Positions 10,252-20,151 of a stretch of DNA of 64,000 nt are shown here, piece by piece. The stretch lies in IMG/VR virus record IMGVR_UViG_3300042860_003432. One strand, given 5' to 3'. Below the pieces are notes generated by a model. That model ran no database searches. It saw only the letters and a list, made by a program, of their open reading frames with translations, and was not told the origin of the DNA. The DNA is from an uncultured virus (IMG/VR IMGVR_UViG_3300042860_003432) (Duplodnaviria; Heunggongvirae; Uroviricota; Caudoviricetes). Within the stretch, counting starts at the first letter, position 1, and every line of letters starts with the position of its first letter. A program made the position numbers and the translations under genes.

Positions 10252-10407
10252 TTAGCCTAATCTCAAATCGCCTGTAATCTTGATAAGATGACTGGCATCA
10301 TTCTTGAGCCAAATATCACCATTTGCGTCAACGTCTATTAGATTGAGATCAACAGCCTGCTGAACAGTGATAGGATTGTTTTGATAATAGATTTGTCCGG
10401 TGTACAT
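10252..10407 (-). CDS. small hypothetical protein (51 aa, not in ORF track)
   Basis: MYTGQIYYQNNPITVQQAVDLNLIDVDANGDIWLKNDASHLIKITGDLRLG*; ATACTTAT motif upstream. Confidence 0.55.
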   Translation of the reverse strand: MYTGQIYYQNNPITVQQAVDLNLIDVDANGDIWLKNDASHLIKITGDLRLG

Positions 10408-10495
10408 AATGTGATATATATGGTTGTATATATAAGTATAAGCTTGAAACCATAATGAACGTTGATAATGTGTTTGTCAACATATATTTATATAC

Positions 10496-10897
10496 ATGGC
10501 TCTATTAAAGAAAATACTAGAACAGCAAGGTGCTGATATAGAAAATAAAGTGGCGGCGTTTGAACGCACGCTGCAATCGTTATATCCAGAGTTGGATAAA
10601 GTAGGTATGTATTATGATCGTAGTAATGGCAGTTTGTTTCTTAGCGACCTTTATGTAAAAGAAGAGCACAGAGGAACTGGAGTGGGCACAAAAGTAATGA
10701 ATAGCATTATAAAGTTTGCTGATACTGAAAACTTGCCTATGGTGCTAATACCAGAGCCGGATGATGACAATATCTCACCAAAAAAGTTGATGGATTTTTA
10801 TAAGAAGTTTGGATTTATAATAAACAAAGGCAAACGTATGGATTATACATTCAGTATGCCTTTCGCTACAACGATGTATAGAATGCCAAGAAGTTGA
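10496..10897 (+). CDS. GNAT family N-acetyltransferase
   Basis: LYVKEEHRGTGVGT motif A and FYKKFGF motif B. Confidence 0.9.
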   Translation: MALLKKILEQQGADIENKVAAFERTLQSLYPELDKVGMYYDRSNGSLFLSDLYVKEEHRGTGVGTKVMNSIIKFADTENLPMVLIPEPDDDNISPKKLMDFYKKFGFIINKGKRMDYTFSMPFATTMYRMPRS

Positions 10898-10898
10898 T

Positions 10899-12014
10899 TT
10901 ACTTCTTTTTGGTTGTTAGTCTACCGTATTCCGCCAGTTTCTTGTCTATATACTTCTCGACGGTTTTGTCTGCTACTTCAACAACTTCTCCACTCTTGTT
11001 GGTCTTGTATTTTGTGTTCCATTCTTGCAGGCTCTTTTTTACCTGACCATATGTTTCGCCAGAGTTTTCCTTGAGGTCTTGTATGGCGTTTACCATATTG
11101 TCATTACTTGTTTCAGCAATGTTATGTTTGTATAATACAAAACCAATAGCAGCAGCGGCTCCAACCAATCCAACAGTCAATACCATCCAAGGCTGAATAT
11201 ACATTATTGCTACTGCTACAAATGCAAGCACAAATGATATAACTGCCAATCCACCCTTACCAACCGGAGAATACACCGCACCAGCCATTGCTATTGCTGC
11301 TCCTATGCCACACCATATCATTATTTCACGTTTGGTCTTTTCAAGTTTCTCAGCACTTTCGCGTCTTTCTTTTTCAGCAGTAATAGCAGCGGCGGATGAA
11401 GCAAGTGCTTCGCTGTTTGCTTGATTTACTTTTTCTTGTGCTACTGTTATTTGTTTGGCAGCAGTTTCTTTGATTTCTTCTTTTTGTACTTGAAGTTGTT
11501 TTACTTCTTGCTTTGCTTCTTCTGTAGTTTTTACTAATACTCCCTTTTCCGCCAACAACTTTTTGTTTTCTTCCTGTAGACGCTTTATTTCATCCTTGTT
11601 ATCTTTATCAAACGCATCAATATATTCTTGTAGTTTTTTTGGACCATTCAATATTTCGTCGATAGTTGGAGATTTACCAAGAGCCGCAAAACCAAGCCCA
11701 GTTTCGCGCTTTGAATACTCAAATGCACCAACCTTTGGAAAAAAAGCATATGCTTGATTTATGGAATATAACGAGTTTGCCGCACTCTGTATCTGCTTTT
11801 CTTGAGCGGTTATAACACTGTCTTTTGCGGCTGATATGCGTTCTTGAACTTCAATCAAATCCTTGTTGTATTTGTCTTTTAGTTCTTTTAATTGCGACTC
11901 TGCTTGTGCTTTTTTGACATACTTATCTTCCAAGTCTTTTTGTGTCATTGCCACATATGATTGGCAACCAGTAAGCATTACTAGCATCGTAAACAATAAA
12001 ACCATTACTTTCAT
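10899..12014 (-). CDS. lipoprotein with long coiled coil and C-terminal transmembrane segments
   Basis: Lipobox LTG-C at residue 17; heptad K/E/Q-rich region; ~3 hydrophobic helices near the C-terminus. Confidence 0.7.
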   Translation of the reverse strand: MKVMVLLFTMLVMLTGCQSYVAMTQKDLEDKYVKKAQAESQLKELKDKYNKDLIEVQERISAAKDSVITAQEKQIQSAANSLYSINQAYAFFPKVGAFEYSKRETGLGFAALGKSPTIDEILNGPKKLQEYIDAFDKDNKDEIKRLQEENKKLLAEKGVLVKTTEEAKQEVKQLQVQKEEIKETAAKQITVAQEKVNQANSEALASSAAAITAEKERRESAEKLEKTKREIMIWCGIGAAIAMAGAVYSPVGKGGLAVISFVLAFVAVAIMYIQPWMVLTVGLVGAAAAIGFVLYKHNIAETSNDNMVNAIQDLKENSGETYGQVKKSLQEWNTKYKTNKSGEVVEVADKTVEKYIDKKLAEYGRLTTKKK

Positions 12015-12015
12015 A

Positions 12016-12723
12016 TTATTGCAGTGTTAGGTCGCCTTGAAACTTTACACCCAAAACTTTTTCTACGAGTTTTAGTGCGGCATTTTGATTTCCAGCATTC
12101 ACGAGATTGTCAAACTGCTGTTTTTCAGCGTCAGTTGCTTTCTCAAAAAACTTGAACACTTCCATTATACCGGCATTATTGGCATAAATCGCTTCGGTTA
12201 CTTTCGCATTTCGTATATTTGGAAATATTTTCGGAAGCATTCTTTCAAGTTCTGCGAAAGTATTATAATGATACCAAACTTCAGCTTCTTCTTCTCTCCA
12301 TCCACCTTCGTGATATGTTATAAACAATACTATTTTTTTATCTTTCGGATCAATGTATACCTCCGCCGTATGGCTATCTTCCCCACTACGATTGGTGCCT
12401 TTGTAATATTGTTCCCATCCTCCTCTAGATGGTCCCCAGCCAACATGGCTTCCCCACTCAAACCCAAACTTTCTCATAGCTTCTTGTTGTTCTTTAGTCC
12501 AATCATTGTCTGGATTCGAATCGGTTGATACTTTCTTTTTCGCTTCTTTCATCGCGGGCGTTTCCTTCTTATTATGCTTGTCAGTATCAAATGCATTTAT
12601 TGTCCAGCGACCAGACATATCGCTAGTAATTCCAGCGTGAGGTTCTTTTATCTTTGAACCTCCTTCGTTTATTGCTTCCTGTATCAGAAAGCAATAATGG
12701 TCGATTGGATCATAGTTTACCAT
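12016..12723 (-). CDS. hypothetical protein
   Basis: 235-aa ORF. Confidence 0.65.
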   Translation of the reverse strand: MVNYDPIDHYCFLIQEAINEGGSKIKEPHAGITSDMSGRWTINAFDTDKHNKKETPAMKEAKKKVSTDSNPDNDWTKEQQEAMRKFGFEWGSHVGWGPSRGGWEQYYKGTNRSGEDSHTAEVYIDPKDKKIVLFITYHEGGWREEEAEVWYHYNTFAELERMLPKIFPNIRNAKVTEAIYANNAGIMEVFKFFEKATDAEKQQFDNLVNAGNQNAALKLVEKVLGVKFQGDLTLQ

Positions 12724-13769
12724 TTTTCACTTATAGCCGCCTGTATCTGGCTGGCAAAATGATTGAGTGGATCTGCTGTATGAGTGACTGGAGGAGTTTT
12801 GGTCACAGCAACAGTGTTTTTATTGTTGATTACCTTGGTTTCTGGGGCAGTCAGGTTGGTTGGCTTCAGATTGGTAGCAGCACCTTTGCCAAGACCAGAA
12901 GTTTTTAAAGTAGTTTGCGCTGGTTCTTGGGCTGGAGCAGCTAGCGTGATGCTAACTACACTTGGTTCTCCCAAATCATCCATATCGCCCATATCACCAC
13001 ATTCTTCAAGACCAGCAGCCTTGAGTTTGCTATAGTACTTTGGATCTTCTGCCAAATGATCCATAGCAATCTTCTTTGCTAGTGCTTCATCTTGAGTATG
13101 TTCTTTTTCAACTGCCATACCCATTTCCAGTTCTTTAGGGTCAACGTTTTCCATAATTTTTCCTTGTTTGTCTGATTTAAAATACATATCCAAGTCGCTA
13201 TAATACTTGGGATTGGTTTGTAGATTTTTGATTACGATTGGGCGAGCAACATCCTTACTTGGATATTCCATATGTTTCATTTCCCAACGCAGCCCCGCCA
13301 TAATTTCATCTGAATCAAATCTGTCATCTTTCAGGTCATCTTGAGTGATTGTATCATATAATGAACTACCAATCACAGTATTGCCCTGCATGTATGTGTA
13401 TCTACGGCTTGCTGGATAATCTTTTAGGCGGCGTGATGTTTGATTGCTTGAGAACGTGCCTGCCCAGTTTGTTGGTGCTACAGCACCTCCGGCCATTGCT
13501 CCGCCGCCATATCCAGCAGATTGACCAACGTAATATTCTATCAATGATATATCCGGTTCGGTCGGTTTCAAGTCTTGTATTCGTACCATCAAGCCGTCGT
13601 TTGTATCATCAAGTTTCACCAAGCAGTTTTCACCATTTATCTGTACTACCTTACCTGTTCTTTGGTGCCAATCCAAATCATCCGGCGTATTGATTTCAAC
13701 GTAGTCGCCAACTTTTATTGTGTTTTCAGTATCATCCATAAAGCATTCCTTTTTTGATTGTTGGCTCAT
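12717..13769 (-). CDS. hypothetical phage protein with KOW/SH3-like N-terminus and DUF5661-like motif
   Basis: IKVGDYVEI...GKVVQI; ELEMGMAVEKEHT...KIAMDHLAEDPKYYSKL plus a degenerate copy; start may be 13739. Confidence 0.65.
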   Translation of the reverse strand: MSQQSKKECFMDDTENTIKVGDYVEINTPDDLDWHQRTGKVVQINGENCLVKLDDTNDGLMVRIQDLKPTEPDISLIEYYVGQSAGYGGGAMAGGAVAPTNWAGTFSSNQTSRRLKDYPASRRYTYMQGNTVIGSSLYDTITQDDLKDDRFDSDEIMAGLRWEMKHMEYPSKDVARPIVIKNLQTNPKYYSDLDMYFKSDKQGKIMENVDPKELEMGMAVEKEHTQDEALAKKIAMDHLAEDPKYYSKLKAAGLEECGDMGDMDDLGEPSVVSITLAAPAQEPAQTTLKTSGLGKGAATNLKPTNLTAPETKVINNKNTVAVTKTPPVTHTADPLNHFASQIQAAISEKW

Positions 13770-14025
13770 TACGCACTCCCATTTTTCCTTTTAGCATATT
13801 GAGTGCTGCTCTTGGATTCATCTTGCCAAAATTCACGCCAAGAATACCGTGTTCATTACAAAATTTTTCCAGTTCCTTTACATCTTCAGAATTATATTCC
13901 ATAGTGGCTGGTTCAGATGAACGATTCTTCAGCATATTTGTAATATCTGATAAAGATACTTCGTCCTTTGCTTTACCAGATGGTCTAAGCATAGATGTAT
14001 TTAGCATTGGCCAAGATTCGTTCAT
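13732..14025 (-). CDS. hypothetical protein
   Basis: Start reassigned to MNESW at 14025, after ATATTTATA. Confidence 0.55.
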   Translation of the reverse strand: MNESWPMLNTSMLRPSGKAKDEVSLSDITNMLKNRSSEPATMEYNSEDVKELEKFCNEHGILGVNFGKMNPRAALNMLKGKMGVRNEPTIKKGMLYG

Positions 14026-14068
14026 ATATATGGTCTTATATAAATATAATCCAACAGCACTAATACGA

Positions 14069-14494
14069 TTATTTATAACTGCCAAGACCCAACTTCTTCT
14101 TTTCGTCGTCTGTTAGTATATTTTTGATGAAATGTTTGGTGTATCTGCCAGAAAGTATGTTTGCCTCATCTTCTATCTCGCCGCCGATCTCTTGTTGTGG
14201 ACCAGATATTCTGCCATCAACATCCTGCTTCATATGAGCCAGTTCATGTGCAATTGTTCTACAATAATCTACAAGATGTCGCCCGCCCGCTATACTACTT
14301 ACTGTTTTATCTTTTGGACTATATGCCCCAGTAGTAATAGGTTCATTTGGATTAGGTCCAAGCAATCTGATAGTAATAGGTGTATCATCCAATCCAAGTT
14401 GCTCAACGGCATATTTTACATACTTGGCAATAAGACGTTGACTATCTTCGTCTATTTTAGGGCATCCTTTGACTATTACTAATTTGGCGTTCAT
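14069..14494 (-). CDS. zincin-like metallopeptidase
   Basis: RTIAHELAHMKQ (HExxH) with downstream EDEAN. Confidence 0.75.
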   Translation of the reverse strand: MNAKLVIVKGCPKIDEDSQRLIAKYVKYAVEQLGLDDTPITIRLLGPNPNEPITTGAYSPKDKTVSSIAGGRHLVDYCRTIAHELAHMKQDVDGRISGPQQEIGGEIEDEANILSGRYTKHFIKNILTDDEKKKLGLGSYK

Positions 14495-14539
14495 ATATAC
14501 AATATAAGTATAATAAAGATAAATAAAGATTATTACATA

Positions 14540-14567
14540 TTGACATTTTTTTAGGTGCCCCTAAAAT
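14540..14567 (+). promoter_or_regulatory. sigma70-type promoter
   Basis: TTGACA-N16-TAAAAT upstream of guaC. Confidence 0.7.
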
Positions 14568-14586
14568 AGGTGACCTAAAATAAATT

Positions 14587-15666
14587 ATGCAAAAAACACA
14601 ATATCTATCATATCAGGACGTTTTTCTAAAGCCGCACTACTCAAAGTATCATTCTCGTTCAGACGCAGATGTTTCTGTAGAATTTGGACCAAAGAAGTTC
14701 AAGTTGCCTGTTACTCCCGCTAATATGAAATGCACCATTGATGCCAAGACGGCAAAATGGATGAGTGAAAATGACTATTTTTATGTAATGCATCGCTTCA
14801 ATATCAACCATCACGACACTCCTAATACTGATAATATCAACTTCATTGAAAAAGCCAACGAAGAGAACTGGAAGAATATCAGCATCAGTCTTGGCGTAAA
14901 GCAAGAAGATATGGATCTGGTTGAGCATTGTATCAAAAAGAATCTTCGTGTTGATTATATCACTATTGATATTGCTCACGCACACAGCGTGCGAATGAAG
15001 GAAATGCTTGCTTATATTATGCGAATGTATCGCAGTAGTATTTGCTCGGTTGAAAAGCCTTTTATTATTGCGGGAAATGTGGCAACGCCAGCAGCGGTCG
15101 TTGATCTTGAAAATTGGGGAGCAGACAGCGTGAAGGTTGGCATTGCTCAAGGCGATGCCTGCACTACATATGGTCAGACTGGATTTGGTATGCCAATGTT
15201 CACTTGCATGCTAGAATGTTCTGCTGCTGCCAGAAAGCCGTTGGTCGCTGATGGTGGAATTAGAATGAATGGAGATATTGCCAAGGCGATTCGTTCTGGC
15301 GGTCAGATGGTTATGGTCGGTAGTGTGTTTGCTGCTTGCGTTGATTCGCCAGCCGAAACTATCCAAAAGGTTGTAAGAATGAACGAACTCAAAGAAACAA
15401 TGAAGGTCAGTCCAAAAGGAGTTCTTGAACAAAGTCTAGATGAAATGCTTGCCAAGAAAAAGTATAAGCAGTATTACGGCTCTGCTTCTGCCATTAACAA
15501 GGGATCAAATACTCACGTCGAGGGAAGATTGGTTACGCTCGAATGTAATGGAGTTACATACGAACAGAAACTCAAGGAAATGACCGAAAGCCTACAAAGC
15601 AGTATGTCATATGCCGGTGGAGACATTCGCCTCGCTGATTGGGGAGTTATCTACCACAAACACTAA
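14587..15666 (+). CDS. guaC: GMP reductase (IMPDH/GMPR family)
   Basis: PANMKCTID, YVMHRF, ITIDIAHAHS, IAGNVATP, KVGIAQGDACTT, ADGGIR, YYGSAS, HVEG motifs. Confidence 0.9.
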   Translation: MQKTQYLSYQDVFLKPHYSKYHSRSDADVSVEFGPKKFKLPVTPANMKCTIDAKTAKWMSENDYFYVMHRFNINHHDTPNTDNINFIEKANEENWKNISISLGVKQEDMDLVEHCIKKNLRVDYITIDIAHAHSVRMKEMLAYIMRMYRSSICSVEKPFIIAGNVATPAAVVDLENWGADSVKVGIAQGDACTTYGQTGFGMPMFTCMLECSAAARKPLVADGGIRMNGDIAKAIRSGGQMVMVGSVFAACVDSPAETIQKVVRMNELKETMKVSPKGVLEQSLDEMLAKKKYKQYYGSASAINKGSNTHVEGRLVTLECNGVTYEQKLKEMTESLQSSMSYAGGDIRLADWGVIYHKH

Positions 15667-15724
15667 AGCAACTTACGGAGAAAATCCAAGTGATTTACTC
15701 CCTCATACTTGCTCAAATAATAAC

Positions 15725-15758
15725 AAAACGCCGCTACAACAGCGGCGTTTTCTTTTTT
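15725..15758. terminator. intrinsic (probably bidirectional) terminator
   Basis: aaaacgccgct-acaac-agcggcgtttt followed by a T-run, between convergent genes. Confidence 0.8.
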
Positions 15759-15825
15759 CAATAGTTCCGATAGTTCCAGATACTTGGCATCACGGAACAA
15801 TTCAAGATAATCTACACACTTATCA

Positions 15826-15987
15826 TCAACGCTCATCTTCTTCTATATGAGTGTCTTTTTGTTTAGGCTTATTCTTTCCTTTTTTCTTGGGACGAAATTT
15901 TTCAAACTTTTCAGTTTCAATTTCGTCGAGTTCTTCTACGTCAATGTTTGAATAATCTTCTTTGTATCTATAATTATTTTTGCTCAT
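15826..15987 (-). CDS. small charged hypothetical protein (53 aa, not in ORF track)
   Basis: MSKNNYRYKEDYSNIDVEELDEIETEKFEKFRPKKKG...; ATATTTATA upstream. Confidence 0.5.
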   Translation of the reverse strand: MSKNNYRYKEDYSNIDVEELDEIETEKFEKFRPKKKGKNKPKQKDTHIEEDER

Positions 15988-16051
15988 GTTATTCTGCAAT
16001 AAACTTTACAAATATAAATATAAGGCAAAAAATAAAACAATTAACTATAAA

Positions 16052-16705
16052 TTATAGTTTTACAATTAGAGTTTTGGAATAAGGATGAACTGTACCAGAA
16101 TCATCCACAACACAAAGTCCTTTCATTCCACTTTCTTCATACTCATATATTTCACCATGAAAATTTCCCATATAAACTTCAACTTTTTCCATGTTGAGTT
16201 CTCCGGTTTTATTTTCCGCAAAAAACTTTTTAACGGTTGTTGCTTTTTTTAGAGTGAATTTTTGAAATGTTGGTTTGGATGGTTTATCTGTTGAACCAAA
16301 TCCGCCGTCACCCCGTTGAGTATTATCAAGCCCAGTCGTTTCAACAAAATCAACAGGATTATAAAACTCAAATATAATCTGGGCAATCTTGTCTCCAATA
16401 ACGACGTTGACATCTTCTTGACCAAGATTGATAAGAATAACTCCAATTTCTCCGCGATAATCTTCATCAATAACACCGGCCATAACATCTATTCCCTTTT
16501 TGTATGCGAGACCGCTTCTTGGTGCAATTCTACCATACATTCCAGACCAAATAGACATCGATAGTCCCGTCTTGAACAGTTTTCTCTCGTTGGGCTTTAA
16601 AGTATGAGATTCTGTGGTATACAGGTCATATCCCGCCGCTCCAGTACTTCCCCGTGTGGGAATTATTGCTTTGCTTTCTAGTTTTGTAATAGATACTTTT
16701 TTCAT
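16052..16705 (-). CDS. dut: trimeric dUTPase with C-terminal extension
   Basis: AAGYDL, RIAPRSGLA, GVIDEDYRGEI, KIAQII, RGDGGFGST motifs. Confidence 0.95.
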   Translation of the reverse strand: MKKVSITKLESKAIIPTRGSTGAAGYDLYTTESHTLKPNERKLFKTGLSMSIWSGMYGRIAPRSGLAYKKGIDVMAGVIDEDYRGEIGVILINLGQEDVNVVIGDKIAQIIFEFYNPVDFVETTGLDNTQRGDGGFGSTDKPSKPTFQKFTLKKATTVKKFFAENKTGELNMEKVEVYMGNFHGEIYEYEESGMKGLCVVDDSGTVHPYSKTLIVKL

Positions 16706-16711
16706 AAAATT

Positions 16712-17020
16712 TTAATATACACTAACTACCAAATCTGTATGTGTCAATCCATAATCACCTTTCCAGCCTTCCTCACTAACTCCAAATATTATATGTTCTT
16801 CGGTACCTTCTACTCTGTATATCACCATATTTGGATGTTCTTCTGATGTTACTTTCTTGTATTTCACAAACTTAGCTATTTCTGGGTCCAATAAAAAATC
16901 ATCAAACAACTTAGTAATCTGGTCTAATGGAGTTTTTCTTACAATAATAACTCCGCGACCATTTCCACCAAGGTTTCGAACATATTCGACTGCAAATATA
17001 AAAAGATTTCTAGGGTTCAT
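16712..17020 (-). CDS. hypothetical protein
   Basis: ORF track; start probably MNPRN. Confidence 0.5.
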   Translation of the reverse strand: MNPRNLFIFAVEYVRNLGGNGRGVIIVRKTPLDQITKLFDDFLLDPEIAKFVKYKKVTSEEHPNMVIYRVEGTEEHIIFGVSEEGWKGDYGLTHTDLVVSVY

Positions 17021-17621
17021 AATTAAATTTATCAAACATATACTTTTCAGTTTTATATATTATTTCTTTTGATTTATCTGATATTGTGCGATTATATTCT
17101 TGCATGTTTTTACTTTTTAACAATTTTGGATCGGTGTTAATAATGCATAATAAATGCTGAAATCTTTTTTCTGCAAATTCTTCCTCTGCGAGTGTCAAAG
17201 CTTTATGCAAATCTCCGAAAAGATTTTCTGTTTTGCCAATAAAATTCATCTTTATATTTGAATTGTATAACGGGTCATCTCCAGTATATCTGGATACGAG
17301 TTTAGAATAATGCCCCATCCAAAAAGGACCATATTCTTGGACCCAAGTATCGAAATCCGGGCATGTTCTTTCCATCAAACTCAATCTGTCTTGTTTGCTC
17401 CATTGCCAGAAAGATGGCCACCAAGTATACGGATGACGAACAAAGCAAAAATTGTATGTATTTTCGCTTTCAATCATTTGATGAAGAAATAAATGACCAT
17501 TTTGTGGAGAGTTGTACCTTTTTTTAGCCAATTTCAATCTAAACAAAAGATTTTGCACAACAGTGCCTCCACACTTGGGTATATGAATAAAACTTGATTT
17601 ATTTAACAAAAGATTGCTCAT
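17010..17621 (-). CDS. sulfotransferase family 2-like protein
   Basis: FIHIPKCGGT (5'-PSB loop), FVRHPY..W.S, FIGKTENL. Confidence 0.8.
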   Translation of the reverse strand: MSNLLLNKSSFIHIPKCGGTVVQNLLFRLKLAKKRYNSPQNGHLFLHQMIESENTYNFCFVRHPYTWWPSFWQWSKQDRLSLMERTCPDFDTWVQEYGPFWMGHYSKLVSRYTGDDPLYNSNIKMNFIGKTENLFGDLHKALTLAEEEFAEKRFQHLLCIINTDPKLLKSKNMQEYNRTISDKSKEIIYKTEKYMFDKFNYEP

Positions 17622-18802
17622 AGTTTAATAAGCGAGGGTGTAATGTCTCTTAATTCTCCATTTGTTTTTAGTTTAAATATTCCAAGCATCATTTCGGAAT
17701 CTGGCTCATACCCATCCGATATGATTGTGCCAAGATTTTGTATGATGCTCATATTTTCCATAGGACTATTGGCTATAAAATCCTTCTGTGAAAAATACAA
17801 TAGCATATTGTTTTTGTTTTGCTCAATATAATCGTGATTGAATATGCGAGTTCGTAAATCTACATTAGAATTTGGCTGTTCTCTGGCTATATATCGTTCT
17901 GCCAATATAGAGTTGTCGATATAGATGTGTGTGGCATATGGCTCTATATGATAAATAAAGTTTTCATCAGTAACATCTGTAACTACAAATCCAATATTCA
18001 GTTTCTTTGATATGATTGGATGTTGATATTGATTATTCTGAATCCAACTCTGCCACTTTCTCATATAATATCTGGCAGAACGATTTCGCATAGCGTGAAA
18101 CTTTGGATCTTGTGTTTGCTTTTCGACGCCATCTTGAAACTGCCCACCTCTACAAGTAAAATGATATACAAGAGCATCCCACGATTGTATCATTTTACAT
18201 CCACTCAATATCATTCTCTGGAATATATCAGAGTCTTCATAATATGAATGCAGCGTTTCATCGTGCATACCAATATCTGTCAATGTCTTTTTGTATGTCA
18301 GCCACGGTGCAAATATTCCGTTGGTAATAACATCCTTGTTTTTGACATTCAAGTTATCAACATAAGCATCAAACTCACTCTTCTTGAAATCTTCAGGATA
18401 CATTCCAAAATGCTCTACTATCTTTTCTTTTCCCGCTGGATGTAATGGCGGTTCTATTCTCGTCGCAGCCACAACCGTATCCGCCTTTAGATGCTTTATT
18501 AGATTAATATCAAATCCCTTGCCCATATACATATCAGCGTGGAACATGCACACAACATCCGAAGTAGATTGTTCTATGCAGCGATTATATCCATAAGCAA
18601 TACCTTTATACTCACCTGTAGTATTTTTTGTATATTTTACTTCGGGAGCATTATACTTCAGCCATTCTTCGGTTCCATCATTGTCGGCATCTATATACAC
18701 AACTATTTCATACTGAAGTATAGAGTTTTCCTTAATAGATTGTACAGAACCCTTCAAATATCTAAGGTTGTTTTTTGTTGGCAGGCAGTATGATATTTTC
18801 AT
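17618..18802 (-). CDS. GT2-like glycosyltransferase
   Basis: ISYCLPTKN, DADNDGT, FHADM, EDSD, YHF motifs. Confidence 0.85.
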   Translation of the reverse strand: MKISYCLPTKNNLRYLKGSVQSIKENSILQYEIVVYIDADNDGTEEWLKYNAPEVKYTKNTTGEYKGIAYGYNRCIEQSTSDVVCMFHADMYMGKGFDINLIKHLKADTVVAATRIEPPLHPAGKEKIVEHFGMYPEDFKKSEFDAYVDNLNVKNKDVITNGIFAPWLTYKKTLTDIGMHDETLHSYYEDSDIFQRMILSGCKMIQSWDALVYHFTCRGGQFQDGVEKQTQDPKFHAMRNRSARYYMRKWQSWIQNNQYQHPIISKKLNIGFVVTDVTDENFIYHIEPYATHIYIDNSILAERYIAREQPNSNVDLRTRIFNHDYIEQNKNNMLLYFSQKDFIANSPMENMSIIQNLGTIISDGYEPDSEMMLGIFKLKTNGELRDITPSLIKL

Positions 18803-18984
18803 GTTTTTCCGTGTTCTATTCCGACTATGTCAAGTAGTTGTTGTTCTTTTTCAGTCATTTCGTTGTATACTCTATACAACTCTTTTCGTGTCTTGTTGGC
18901 AAGTAATCCATCCTTCTCGCCTTCATCAATGCAGCGTTGTAGTTTATAATACAACTCAAAATATTTTTTAGCAGCCTCTGTCAT
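18799..18984 (-). CDS. small hypothetical protein
   Basis: 61-aa coupled ORF starting MTEAAKKY. Confidence 0.5.
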   Translation of the reverse strand: MTEAAKKYFELYYKLQRCIDEGEKDGLLANKTRKELYRVYNEMTEKEQQLLDIVGIEHGKT

Positions 18985-19277
18985 AATTTTTCATTTACTA
19001 TAGTTGCTTCAAATTCTTCAATATAGCACCATTCACCATCCCACCGTTCTTCTCCAACGGCATAACCAATGTTCTGTTCGCCAACATTATCTTCACATAC
19101 CCGAACTCCTCTAACAAATAGACCTGCCTCCTTTATTGCCGTTTGCCATTGCTCTAATGTAATGCGATACAAATCATTCGGCGGATTGGAATAATAATCA
19201 TATACTTCGGTTCCTGCTTTGAACCAAGTATCATGTTTGGCGATCAATTTTACATATTTTTTAGCAGCCTCTGTCAT
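18981..19277 (-). CDS. hypothetical protein
   Basis: 98-aa coupled ORF starting MTEAAKKY. Confidence 0.55.
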   Translation of the reverse strand: MTEAAKKYVKLIAKHDTWFKAGTEVYDYYSNPPNDLYRITLEQWQTAIKEAGLFVRGVRVCEDNVGEQNIGYAVGEERWDGEWCYIEEFEATIVNEKL

Positions 19278-20151
19278 ATAATTCTGGATTGTTATTATAG
19301 CGAGTTCGCATTTGTTCTGACACTTTTATGAAACCAACTTCATCATATGATGGCGGTTCTCCCCATAATGTCAACCAAGTTTTAAAGTTTTTCTGTTCGC
19401 TTAACTTTTGTCTATCGGATGTACCAACCAGTTTGTCGTGCTGTCCAAGAAAATGACTACTACGTGCTCCAAAATGCCATACAAGTGCTTTTGAAGTAAC
19501 CACAAAGTCGTATCCTTTTATCTGCATCAATACATTCTGCATCATATCCTCATACGATGTAGGAGCAAATCGAGCATCGTTATTTATGAAATACTTGGTT
19601 CGCATCATATATGATACGCCTTCTACTTTTCTAAAACCAGATGGGTTTGGCGATTGTACGAAATGATCGGCCCAATATAGAAACTCCTCTTTTAGAAAAT
19701 CGTGATGATATACACCAAAACCACCATTTACGGGGGCAAACATTGTTCCAACCCTATCTTCGTTGTTGAATATGTTGGGCTCAAGACGCCAAGCACAAGC
19801 AACTAACGGTTTTTCTGTGCTTGAAACAAGATCAAGTAATGGCTTATCGTAATGGCGGCTAATATAAAAATCACTATGAATGAGGCTAAAGTATTCTGTT
19901 TTGACTTGCTTGATTGCTTCATTTACACCTCCTCCTATACCTTTTGGGACTTGGTTATATTCTACAATGGAAGTTATGTCACCCTGATGTTTCAACCATT
20001 CTGCGGTTTCTTCATCATTTTCAACATATACCAAAATTGGTTGTTTTTTATAAAAAGCATTTTCTCGTATGGACTCCACCGCGAGCTTGAGATATGGAAG
20101 TGAGCGAAAAGTATTAATCAGCCAAGAGAACTTTATATCATTATTATTCAT
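19261..20151 (-). CDS. GT2-like glycosyltransferase (paralog of 17618..18802)
   Basis: LIHSDF, RLEP, SYED, LVWHFG motifs. Confidence 0.8.
   Translation of the reverse strand: MNNNDIKFSWLINTFRSLPYLKLAVESIRENAFYKKQPILVYVENDEETAEWLKHQGDITSIVEYNQVPKGIGGGVNEAIKQVKTEYFSLIHSDFYISRHYDKPLLDLVSSTEKPLVACAWRLEPNIFNNEDRVGTMFAPVNGGFGVYHHDFLKEEFLYWADHFVQSPNPSGFRKVEGVSYMMRTKYFINNDARFAPTSYEDMMQNVLMQIKGYDFVVTSKALVWHFGARSSHFLGQHDKLVGTSDRQKLSEQKNFKTWLTLWGEPPSYDEVGFIKVSEQMRTRYNNNPELYDRGC

Noticed and set aside
14587..15666. IMP dehydrogenase (guaB)
   Set aside because: No CBS domains, and the PANM/YVMHRF/ITIDIAH motifs fit GMP reductase better
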